Source: Candidatus Kuenenia stuttgartensis (GTDB lineage Bacteria; Planctomycetota; Brocadiia; Brocadiales; Brocadiaceae). From it: 32,000 bases of DNA. Shown here one piece after another: positions 17,684-25,500 of this stretch. Numbering within the stretch: position 1 is the stretch's first letter; every line of letters starts with the position of its first letter. Below the pieces are notes generated by a model, which did no database searches, had not been told where the DNA came from, and saw nothing but the letters and a program-made list of their open reading frames with translations. A program made the translations under genes and the position numbers. The stretch lies in assembly GCF_900232105.1 (NCBI RefSeq), contig NZ_LT934425.1, positions 3,030,001 to 3,062,000 on the forward strand, in the 5' to 3' direction.

Positions 17684-18165
17684 ATAATGACAACTACTTA
17701 CGACTACCATATACTTCCTGAATACTGAAAATTGTATACTTTTTGTATACTTCATTTTTTATTCAGTACTTTATCAAGTATATCAACAGCTTTTATTTTA
17801 TGACTTGGTGAAAGGTGTGCATAAAATGACTAAAACATAAAATTTAGCCACAGGTTGCACTACCACATATAATCTGAAAATGCAAATCAAGCATTCTTTA
17901 CCCACGGCAACGTCAAAGTCACCCTACGAAAGACGCGGATCAAGGATTTGTGCCAAAAGCTCCCGTCAATAAGTGGAGAAGAAGATAAAAAACAATAGAA
18001 TTTTCATATAAATGGGCAAAAATGAGTAAAACAAGCAAAATAGAGCGGGAGTATCCCTGTAGTAATGAAAGAGAGAGAGAAAAAAAATAAAGTGTTTTTT
18101 TTGTTCTCTACATGTTACATGCGAAGCATTTGAAGTGAAAGAAAAGGTCTTGCCGCAAAATTTCT

Positions 18166-18655
18166 GAGCGTCTTTGTTCGCAGCCTATAATGCTGCATTA
18201 CTAAATGGGTGAAAGTCCCATATCGGAAATTGGTTGTTTGACCGATTAGCTATATCTGACATATTGTAAAGGTAACTTGCAATATGAAAGCTCAGAAGTA
18301 AAAGTCCTTGCAAGCGAAGGGCAAACAAGTTTACGGGTCGTACCATAAAGGGAATATTGCAACCTCGTTACGCAGACCACCATAGAACTTGCGAAGTGGC
18401 GGCGAAACAGATACTAAACCACTGCAAAGATGGTGAAAGTTAGTATTACTGATGAAGCAACAACCAAAAGCAATCGGTAAATCTGTCGGGGTATGGATGG
18501 CGACACGTAAACAAAGTAGTGCAGAGTAAATTAGGGAAAATCTTGCTATCAGCCAATACAAGTCCGTACGGCAAAGACCTGTTAGACGAAGTATAATAAG
18601 GTAATGGGAGATAGCGAGCTGGTAGGTTGGAGGCCATTAGCCTCCAACCCCCACT
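18166..18655 (+). mobile_element. 5' ribozyme portion (domain I, probably part of domain II) of a + strand ORF-less group II intron; right boundary approximate
   Basis: It starts GAGCG at 18166, a variant of GUGYG. GGGUGAAAGUCCC lies at 18207-19, as in domain I of the O. iheyensis-type introns I recall. There are many GNRA-capped helices in the + sense (gcGAAGgg, gcGAAGtg, ggcGAAAc, gGTGAAAGt). cuuuguu (18172-78) can pair with aacaaag (~18502-08). Confidence 0.5.
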
Positions 18656-20580
18656 CGTCGCCAGATACTTTGGACAACGTGACAAAGCATCCTTTTTAAA
18701 CCATACGTCTTTCTCGTAGTTAGCGACCCCGACGTGTTGCTCTATAACAGAGAAAAGTCAAACATCATGCTTTAGCACACGCCTTAAGAAATTCTCTTTC
18801 GAATGAGAGTAACCCCATTTTAAAGAATCGGTGAACAGGGAAACGCTTGTTGTCTGTTCTCCATTTTCTTGAGAACTTGAAACATCTCAGTCTCATGCGT
18901 ACCCAACAGTCTAATGAGCGATATACCTTTTGTACATTGCCCAGCCGAAAATAGTTGACATGCCCACGAATTACGGGGTTTAATGTATCAACGATGGCTT
19001 GCAGATTGACGCCCTGTGTACGTCTGGTGATGTCTCTGATGTTGTTCCTTCGGCAGGCTCAGGACAGGCTCTTGAGTTTGTTCAGTGATTTCGTGCTTAT
19101 ACCCTTATACTTGCCCTTGAAATCGTATCCGAGAAACCTGAAACCTCTTTTGAAGTTGGTGAGCTTGGTTTTATCCTCGCTCAGCTTCATTCCAAGTTTC
19201 CCTGCAATGATTTCTTTGACATAGCTGAGGGCGGCTGGGAGTTCATCTTTTGTTTTAGTCATGACAACGAAATCATCGGCGTATCGGACAAACTTATATC
19301 CAGCCTTTTCAAGTTCCTTGTCGATGATGTTACCGATAAGGTTTGCAAGCAAAGGGGAAATTACACCTCCTTGCGGAGTGCCTTTGTTTGTCTCATGCAC
19401 GATGCCGTCCTCCATGACCCCTGCCTTGAGCATGTTCTCAATACTGTTCAAAACCCATCCATCAGCAATTTTCTCACGTAAGGAGTCCATAATAAGCTTA
19501 TGGGGTATGGTGTCATAGAATGCCATTATATCGGCATCAAGGACGCTGGTATACCCTTCCTGCTTATACTGTTCAAGCCGTTTGATAGCATCGTGACAGC
19601 ATCGTGACAGCATCTGTCAGGGCGAAATCCAAAGCTGTTATCTGAGAATCCTTTCTCAAATATTGGCTCTATGATTTGCCTGAACGCCTGCTGTACAATC
19701 CTGTCCTTAACAATGGGAATGCCAAGAGGTCTCTTGTCATGCCTGCCTTTGGGGATGTATACCCGCAGGACAGGCGCAGGGTTGTATATGGCAGTCTTGA
19801 GTTCCTGATGGATACTCATGATATTCACATCAAGATTGGACTCAAATTGCTTAATACTTACCCTGTCAAGACCAGCTTTGCCTTTATTCTTCTTTACGTG
19901 TTTGAAAGCAGCATAAAGGTTTTTCAGACTAAACACCTTGTCTCTTAATGAATGATACTTAAGCATCTCTCGATATATTCCTTTCGATTGATTACGGATA
20001 ATAGATTTGTCAATCGTGTTTCCTGGGTACGGATTCTCCCAAACATAGGCAAAACAAGAGAGGCTCTTGTTACTGTTTACCTACGCAAAAGAGTTTCTTT
20101 TCTCATTGAACGTATTCAATCTGCCACTTTCATCAATTCCACTACGGTTATGCCCCTTTCATTTCCGATTCACACCGGAAACTATTATGAGCAATGCTGA
20201 CGACTTCAAAGATAGACTTGTGAGAGAAGCTTGTCTATCACCATCTCATACAGCTCGGACTTCGGAATTTCCTTATACCTTGCTGTTAGGGAATTTTGCC
20301 CAAGGCGTAAGTCCTCCCCCGGTCATATGGATTACCCCTTTTCCCTTCGTGATGTATGTTCAAACGCATTAACCAGAGATGGTTTTACTTAATCTGTTTA
20401 TCCATCTCCAACAAAGGACATTGTCAGTGCTTCGCTGAGAAATGGCAGTTGGCACGGAATAACACGCCACACTCATACACCCCAAAAGGTCGTCTGTACC
20501 TCGTAACTCCGTCATACCCCTCACGGGTATATGCTATCTTTCTACGCATACGGATTGCTCCATTGTGTGCGCATAGGCAC
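18656..20580 (-). mobile_element. Group II intron on the - strand (domains I-III at ~20580-19967, IEP in domain IV, degenerate 3' end); boundaries approximate
   Basis: The - strand of 19967-20580 is rich in GNRA-capped helices (cagcGAAGcac, cacGAAGgg, ccGAAGtcc, ggaaatGAAAgggg). Its 5' end is near gtgcctAUGCGCAC (20574-20580). An RT/maturase reading frame lies inside. Downstream of the ORF there is only a non-canonical D5-like helix (18698-18743), preceded by a ucuguu linker. Confidence 0.65.
18765..19966 (-). pseudogene. Group II intron reverse transcriptase/maturase (RT domains 0-7 plus X, no endonuclease domain), disrupted
   Basis: N-terminal motifs are GLDRVSIKQFE and RVYIPKGRHDKRPLGIPIVKDRIVQQA. 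They are followed by SFGFRPDRCCHDA, LDADIMAFYDTIPH, GTPQGGVISPLLAN, FVRYADDFVVM, and the X domain IRDITRRTQG...LNPVIRGHVNYFRLGN. The frame is broken by an 11-bp tandem duplication (19588-19609) and by an in-frame TGA (19059-19061). Confidence 0.85.
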
Positions 20581-20923
20581 AAACTTCTCTACGAGGATTA
20601 GGCTCGCAGAGGTGGTATTTTCAACCACTCAGGTATTCCATACTTCAAGGCACTCAGAAGCTCAGATGAGACCGTAGTAGCGTTTGACTTTGAGGGACAA
20701 CATAACCCACAAAAGAGCAAAGGGTCTCTGGACAGGATTTGCTACCAAATAATAGTGAAATCAAATGCCGAAATTAGTAGGCTACAGTAACTAAAAGGCG
20801 GTAGCTATACTCTCCTATAAGATGGAGAAATGCAGGTGAATGTGGGACTTGCACTTAATCCTAAATATCTTTATCGAAGGTTGAGAGCGGATATTCTGTT
20901 TGAAGCCGTACTGGGGAAAACCC
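20581..20923 (+). mobile_element. Continuation of the + strand group II intron: D2/D3-like region, short ORF-less D4, linker and 5' half of domain V
   Basis: A D3-like cucagaagcucagaugagaCCGUAGUAGcg lies at ~20651-20682 (compare CGUAGUAG.CUGAGAAGG in Ll.LtrB D3). The linker auucuguuugaag matches the one before D5 of the mini element. AGCCGUACUGGGGAAAACCC is at 20904-20923. Confidence 0.5.
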
Positions 20924-22307
20924 CATAAGCGCTAACTTGTTTTATTGACAAATTTTATTCATCATGGTATTTTTATATTAATTATCCCGCTAATCACTCT
21001 ATAGGAGGATAAAGCCATGATGAGAGAAGATTGGGATCTTCTAAGAACTTTCTTCCCAAACGATTGGAAAAGTTTAGCCGTTGATACAAATGCTTTAAAA
21101 GGCTTGCGCAAGGATAAATCTGAAGAAAAGCTTCTTCGAACATTATTAATTCATTTAGGATGTGGCTATTCATTGCGTGAAACAGTAGTTCGAGCCAAGC
21201 GTGCTAACTTAGCAGATTTATCCGATGTTGCCTTATTAAAGCGATTAAAAAAGAGCAAAGAATGGCTATATAAATTATGTTTATCTTTATTCCGTGAGCG
21301 TGGCCTCCAAATTAATAAACGGAATAATTTTCATCTTCGCTTATTTGATGCAACAACAGTAAAGGAACCTGGGAAAACAGGAAGTCTTTGGCGCATTCAT
21401 TATAGTATTGAGGTTCCTTCATTATCTTGCGATTTCTTTAAACTTACGGGAACTGAAGGAGAAGGCACAGGAGAATCTTTTCGGCAGTTTCCGATGAAAA
21501 AAGATGATTATATTATAGCTGACAGAGGTTACTGTACTGGCCAAGGAATTCATCATGCAACAAGGAAAGGCGCTTATCTTAGCGTTAGAGTTAATTCGCA
21601 ATCTCTACGGATATTCGGCGAAGAAAAGAAACCCTTTCCTTTATTGAAAGAAATCCAATATTTAAAAAGACCCCTTGCTATAAAATCATGGAACGTTTTT
21701 ATTCCAAACGTTGATAATACTGAATATGTCAAAGGTCGTCTTTGTATAATACGCAAAACAGAAGAAGCCATTAAAATAGCTCATAAAAAACTTAAAAGAC
21801 ATGCAAGCAAAAAGGGCATTGAACTAAAACCGGAGACCCTTATTTATGCCAAGTACGTAATAGTATTCACAACGTTTCCTGAAAATCAATTTACCGCTTT
21901 TGATATCTTAGAATGGTATCGAGTTCGATGGCAAATTGAACTGGTCTTTAAAAGATTTAAACAAATAGCACAATTTGGACACTTACCTAAATACGATGAT
22001 GATAGCTCAAAAGCTTGGCTTTATGGCAAACTATTCGTTGCTCTTTTGACAGAAAAACTAATAGATTTTGCTACGTCTTTTTCCCCCTGGGGATACTTCA
22101 TTGTCAAGCAAGAAGACTAAAAGCAAATGGCGTGAATTTGCTTTTATGCTTAATCAAGTAAAACGGGCTATAGAACCAGCGTTATCATTACAGGAAGTTC
22201 TTAAGTGCTGGAATGACATTGCTTGTTCTTTAGCAGAAAATACAAGAATCCGAAAAACACAGATATCAAAATACTTCGAGCATACCTAAAACAAGTTAGC
22301 GCTTATG
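20924..22307 (+). mobile_element. IS4-family insertion sequence (1384 bp) with 20-bp perfect terminal inverted repeats and an 11-bp target-site duplication
   Basis: IRL cataagcgctaacttgtttt is at 20924-43, and IRR aaaacaagttagcgcttatg ends at 22307. The direct repeat ggggaaaaccc occurs at 20913-23 and 22308-18. Confidence 0.88.
21017..22120 (+). CDS. IS4-family DDE transposase; last ~60 codons continue in another frame (22068-22289)
   Basis: 367-aa ORF with IIADRGY, a D-rich region and RWQIELVFKRFKQ (the Y-R-E-K region). The second ORF (SKWREFAFMLNQVK...) runs to 15 nt before IRR. The frame change falls around the C5/G4 runs at 22083-22092. Confidence 0.85.
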   Translation: MMREDWDLLRTFFPNDWKSLAVDTNALKGLRKDKSEEKLLRTLLIHLGCGYSLRETVVRAKRANLADLSDVALLKRLKKSKEWLYKLCLSLFRERGLQINKRNNFHLRLFDATTVKEPGKTGSLWRIHYSIEVPSLSCDFFKLTGTEGEGTGESFRQFPMKKDDYIIADRGYCTGQGIHHATRKGAYLSVRVNSQSLRIFGEEKKPFPLLKEIQYLKRPLAIKSWNVFIPNVDNTEYVKGRLCIIRKTEEAIKIAHKKLKRHASKKGIELKPETLIYAKYVIVFTTFPENQFTAFDILEWYRVRWQIELVFKRFKQIAQFGHLPKYDDDSSKAWLYGKLFVALLTEKLIDFATSFSPWGYFIVKQED

Positions 22308-22318
22308 GGGGAAAACCC

Positions 22319-22376
22319 ACCGTACGGAATTTTAGAGAGGGAACAGGAAACATACTAAAAAGAGATTGAGTAAATA
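22319..22376 (+). mobile_element. 3' half of domain V plus a degenerate domain VI region of the + strand group II intron; 3' boundary uncertain
   Basis: After removing the IS and one TSD copy, the sequence reads AGCCGUACUGGGGAAAACCCACCGUACGGAAUU. This is a D5-shaped hairpin with UGGG/CCCA upper stem, CC bulge and CCGUAC/GUACGG lower stem. The base reads GAA where the usual GUU partner of AGC would be. I could not draw a convincing D6 stem. Confidence 0.45.
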
Positions 22377-22612
22377 CCTCCGCTTCAGTATGAAAGAGGT
22401 TTCAAACGTTTAGCAATGCGCCTGTTTTCTACTCGGTAATATTTGTTACCTGTGGAAAATGAAAAAAACCAACCACTAGTATAGCGTTTCGGCAAAACAT
22501 CGACATATTGTTTTCCATTATGAACTACGACTGAACAGTCTTAAATCTTGTATTTACAAAGGATTGGATTTTCAATGCCCTCATAGTAATGATGCTATTT
22601 TATGTGTATATT

Positions 22613-22870
22613 TTAATGAAACGTTATACTAGATTCCCCAAAGAAGCCATTGCCCTTTGGGGCATTTTTTGTGCGTGTTTGAGAATTATCTTCACGGGAA
22701 GCGGTATCACGCACATAATGAAGTCCATTTTCTATTGACCAGTGTCCGCGAGAAGACTTAAGAATGGTTTTGGGACTTGCTTTTTGTTGTGTCAGGCTGG
22801 TAATACCGTAAACAATTTCCTCGGTTTTTTTGTCGGTCTTGACTTCTGTAAATATTCCATGAATGCAAAA
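22613..22870 (-). pseudogene. C-terminal remnant of an ISAs1-family-like transposase
   Basis: The - strand frame reads IHGIFTEVKTDKKTEEIVYGITSLTQQKASPKTILKSSRGHWSIENGLHYVRDTASREDNSQTRTKNAPKGNGFF and stops at 22613-15. The Y.I.SL.....L......HWSIEN.LH.V.D..F.ED....R..NAP pattern is the ISAs1-type C-terminus. There is no start codon and no N-terminal part. Confidence 0.6.
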
Positions 22871-23659
22871 TACCTGGCGCGAAAATAAGACTACAAAAAA
22901 TATTTTAAGTACAGATACTACAACACGATATGGTTATAAGCCCATTTTCATCGTTTCAGGGTGTTGCAAATGAAACATGATGACTAGTGACTTATTTTGT
23001 CATTACAAGGGTATCAGCTTGTCATTGCGAGGGTCTTTTCCGAAGCAATCTCATAAACCGTCATAGAGGTCCTTCCATCCTGCATTCATTCATTCCATTA
23101 ATTAATTCTATTTTTTTTAGCCCTTGAGCCACCCTTAATTCGCTTCTCCCGCGATATGGCGTTTCTTACGTCATGAAATATCTCGTAGTATACTGAACTG
23201 CTTCATATTGTTTTTGTCTTTGTGAAACAGGATTATTGAAATAGGAAACGAGATTAAGTTTGTCATGTATTAGTGTGTTATTGTGATGATTATGCATTTG
23301 TGATATTCTTTCTGAATATTGATAATCCTGCCAGATACCTTCTATTTGAAAGGTATTGGCGCTTATGAATTGGTGGATATTTTGAATTATAGCGCACTTA
23401 TAATCACCATTCAAGCATTTTGTCCATCATATTATCACCCTAAAATCCCAAAATTTGTTAAAGTTCCCGAATAGTGCAAAAATGTCCTGATCTTAAAATG
23501 TATTTTGTTGCTACTAACAGGCAAGCAAGTAGACTATTTTGTAATATAGGTTTACAAGGTAAGGGCTAGATAAATTCGTCGCTCTGCGGCCTTCAAACAC
23601 AAAAGACTTTAAGGGGTGTATTATGATGGTTTATGTGTGTAAAAATAGGTGTTTAAGCA

Positions 23660-23898
23660 AAGAGATCGCAATCAGTATGTATGGTAGAGGGCGGGCATTT
23701 GATAACATTTTTACGGAACGTCTTTGGAGGAGTGTGAAGTACGGAGAGGTTTATCTCAAAGAATATCAGGCTTGTAGTGAAGCACGTGAGGGTTTGGAGA
23801 AGTATTTTACATTTTATAATATTAGGAGGTATTACCAATCACTGGAATATAAAATACCGTATGAAGTTCATTTTGGAGTTTCTTCAGTGAGCAAATGA
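23660..23898 (+). pseudogene. C-terminal remnant of an IS3-family transposase (integrase-core tail)
   Basis: ISMYGRGRAFDNIFTERLWRSVKYGEVYLKEYQACSEAREGLEKYFTFYNIRRYYQSLEYKIPYEV matches the conserved IS3 OrfB tail (D..G.A.DN.F.ER.WRSLKYE.VYL..Y......A...I..Y...YN..RPHQ.L.Y.TP.EV). No upstream catalytic region is present. Confidence 0.7.
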
Positions 23899-24159
23899 GG
23901 AAAAGGAGCGGTGGGGCGAAGGAAAATTGCAGAGTGTGCAGAAGGGTAACGGAAGGAGCCTGCTGCACACTGTAGATTGATGAATTAATGCATCTAAATA
24001 TTAATAGTAAATGGTCTTGACAAACCAGTCCACCTTATAAAAAAACTTTGACAGCATAGTGATATAACACTGCAGCCGCAGAAACGGCTTGTTTCCAAAC
24101 TAATCGCTGGTACGCATGGAAATAAGTGCTAATGTACTAATGATAATTTAAGTAAGATG

Positions 24160-25059
24160 TTAATTTGTTTTCCTTTTTTTGGATTTTCTAAATCTTCCAA
24201 TATTCAAATAAACGCCTATATTGGCATTCTTGTCTTTATAGGGAGAGATTTTGCCTTCAGCGGAAGTAAACAATGTGGTAACCCCAGGTCCGTGGCCTGC
24301 TGTTATACAATTTGTGTGAACAACAACCCCTACTGTGATAGCCCCGGTTTTATATATTCTTCCATAGGAATGGTCTGCATCCATAATCGCAACTATATCT
24401 CCCAACCGTAAGGTATCCAGGTTATGTTTTTCTATTGTTTGTTTGTCGAACAATTGTATATCATAATCTCCCCGATAACAGTGTTGTGAACCAAGCCCTG
24501 ATCCCATAATTGCTGCCGGTATAGTGTGTGTTACTGGAATTTGCATCACCCCTTTTGTCTTGTCATATTTTATTGGCAATGTTTCTAGAAGATGAGGGGA
24601 GAGATTGATGGTTTTTATTTGCGGACAATTTGTAAAAGAAAAGCCCAAACCGATACAGCGAATAAGTATTTTGTCGCCTATTACGAGTTTTTCAATAGTT
24701 TTATCATCAAAATCTACCAGCACGTTTTCTATGCCGCCATGTTTTCCCGTAACGATGCCTGTATCTCCCTTTGCGTCTCCGGACACAACTTTTGCGCTAT
24801 TTCCGATGCAAGCCAATAAATTGAGTGCACCATTTTCTTCCTTGTCTTTATTCCTGATGGATACACAGGGCTCAACATGGTCAGCTTCCCATTGTATCGC
24901 ACTATCCCCTATTTTTACATTATAAGTAATTCCGCCTATACCTGGCAATATGGCAGGTATCCCTTCGGGAGATATGCTGTATGCCTTTGCGCCTCCTGAT
25001 GGACTGGAGACTTCCCCCAATGCAGATATTTCAACAAGACGATTCCCATTTGTTTCCAT
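24160..25059 (-). CDS. Conserved hypothetical protein (possibly DUF4438 family; assignment from memory only)
   Basis: 299-aa ORF with AGGAGA as RBS and uniform coding look. Gly-rich beta-type motifs are present (LPGIGGITYNVKIGD, GDAKGDTGIVTGKHGG, GHGPGVTTL). I recognise no catalytic motif. Confidence 0.7.
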   Translation of the reverse strand: METNGNRLVEISALGEVSSPSGGAKAYSISPEGIPAILPGIGGITYNVKIGDSAIQWEADHVEPCVSIRNKDKEENGALNLLACIGNSAKVVSGDAKGDTGIVTGKHGGIENVLVDFDDKTIEKLVIGDKILIRCIGLGFSFTNCPQIKTINLSPHLLETLPIKYDKTKGVMQIPVTHTIPAAIMGSGLGSQHCYRGDYDIQLFDKQTIEKHNLDTLRLGDIVAIMDADHSYGRIYKTGAITVGVVVHTNCITAGHGPGVTTLFTSAEGKISPYKDKNANIGVYLNIGRFRKSKKRKTN

Positions 25060-25161
25060 AGTATGTCTTTTTTTCTCCTCTAATACTGAGGTTTAACGAA
25101 TCTTCACTAATATGCAGGCGTAATCTAGCATAGGGTACGGAATAATGGCAATACAAAATTT

Positions 25162-25300
25162 GTAACACTTTAGTTTTTTGAAAAAGTAGGGGGCGAAGCA
25201 TTTGATGTAAATTGTCATAAAATGTGTTCATACCCAAACGGGCAAATGCTTAGTCCCTACTTTACGATTATTGGAATTTTTCAAAAAACTAAAGTGCTAC
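25162..25300. mobile_element. MITE family 2, copy 2 (139 bp) with 24-bp terminal inverted repeats
   Basis: gtaacactttagttttttgaaaaa (25162-85) matches tttttcaaaaaactaaagtgctac (25277-300) at 23 of 24 positions. An internal pair aagcattt/aaatgctt extends the hairpin. The element sits in the divergent intergenic region between 24160-25059(-) and 25501(+). Confidence 0.65.
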
Positions 25301-25399
25301 CAAGATTTACATTGATATTTTTCGCGCACTCTCCGCCATAGTTGTTTTTGGGATAAAGGAATTGTTTAAGTAAGGGAAACCGAATAATATATTTTTTTT

Positions 25400-25429
25400 T
25401 TGCAATTTCAAACGTATTATTGTTATAAA
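25400..25429 (+). promoter_or_regulatory. Candidate sigma70-type promoter for the RCC1-repeat gene
   Basis: TTGCAA (25400-05), an 18-nt spacer and TATAAA (25424-29), 72 nt upstream of the ATG at 25501. The call rests on motifs only, in AT-rich DNA. Confidence 0.35.
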
Positions 25430-25500
25430 CTATACACATATTAAATTTGATGTGTTTTTATTACGATTAATACTAAAACAAGTACAGGCAAATAGATACG

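Noticed and set aside
18698-18743. Calling this a bona fide domain V of the - strand intron
   Set aside because: The helix (GAGCAACACGUC…GACGUAUGGUUU) has the AGC/GUU-type base and the shared ucuguu linker. However, it has mismatches in place of the 2-nt bulge and a 21-nt apical region instead of a tetraloop. It is kept only as D5-like or degenerate inside the intron feature.
18765-19966. Whether the reverse transcriptase belongs to a retron or a diversity-generating retroelement (a possible novel defence or diversification system)
   Set aside because: - The protein has the group II-specific N-terminal RT0 region and a maturase X domain (LNPVIRGHVNYFRLGN).
- It is embedded in GNRA-rich ribozyme-like sequence.
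- I found no template/variable repeat pair, no msr/msd-like inverted repeats, and no effector gene nearby.
18331-20601. ORFs 18331-18561(-), 18446-18685(-), 18955-19224(+), 19261-19518(+), 19676-19948(+), 19952-20200(+), 20067-20372(+) and 20356-20601(+)
   Set aside because: They fall in group II intron ribozyme sequence or antisense to the RT/maturase gene. They have no motifs, and their composition is typical of non-coding frames.
23166-23414. 82-aa - strand ORF (MNGDYKCAIIQNIHQF...)
   Set aside because: It has no RBS and no recognisable motif. Its composition is skewed (Gln, Asn, His and Tyr rich), and it sits among transposase debris. It could be a real small gene, but I cannot support it.
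25031-25237. 68-aa - strand ORF overlapping the start of the 24160-25059 gene and MITE copy 2
   Set aside because: It runs through the palindromic MITE and overlaps a better-supported gene start with a good RBS, so it is likely spurious.
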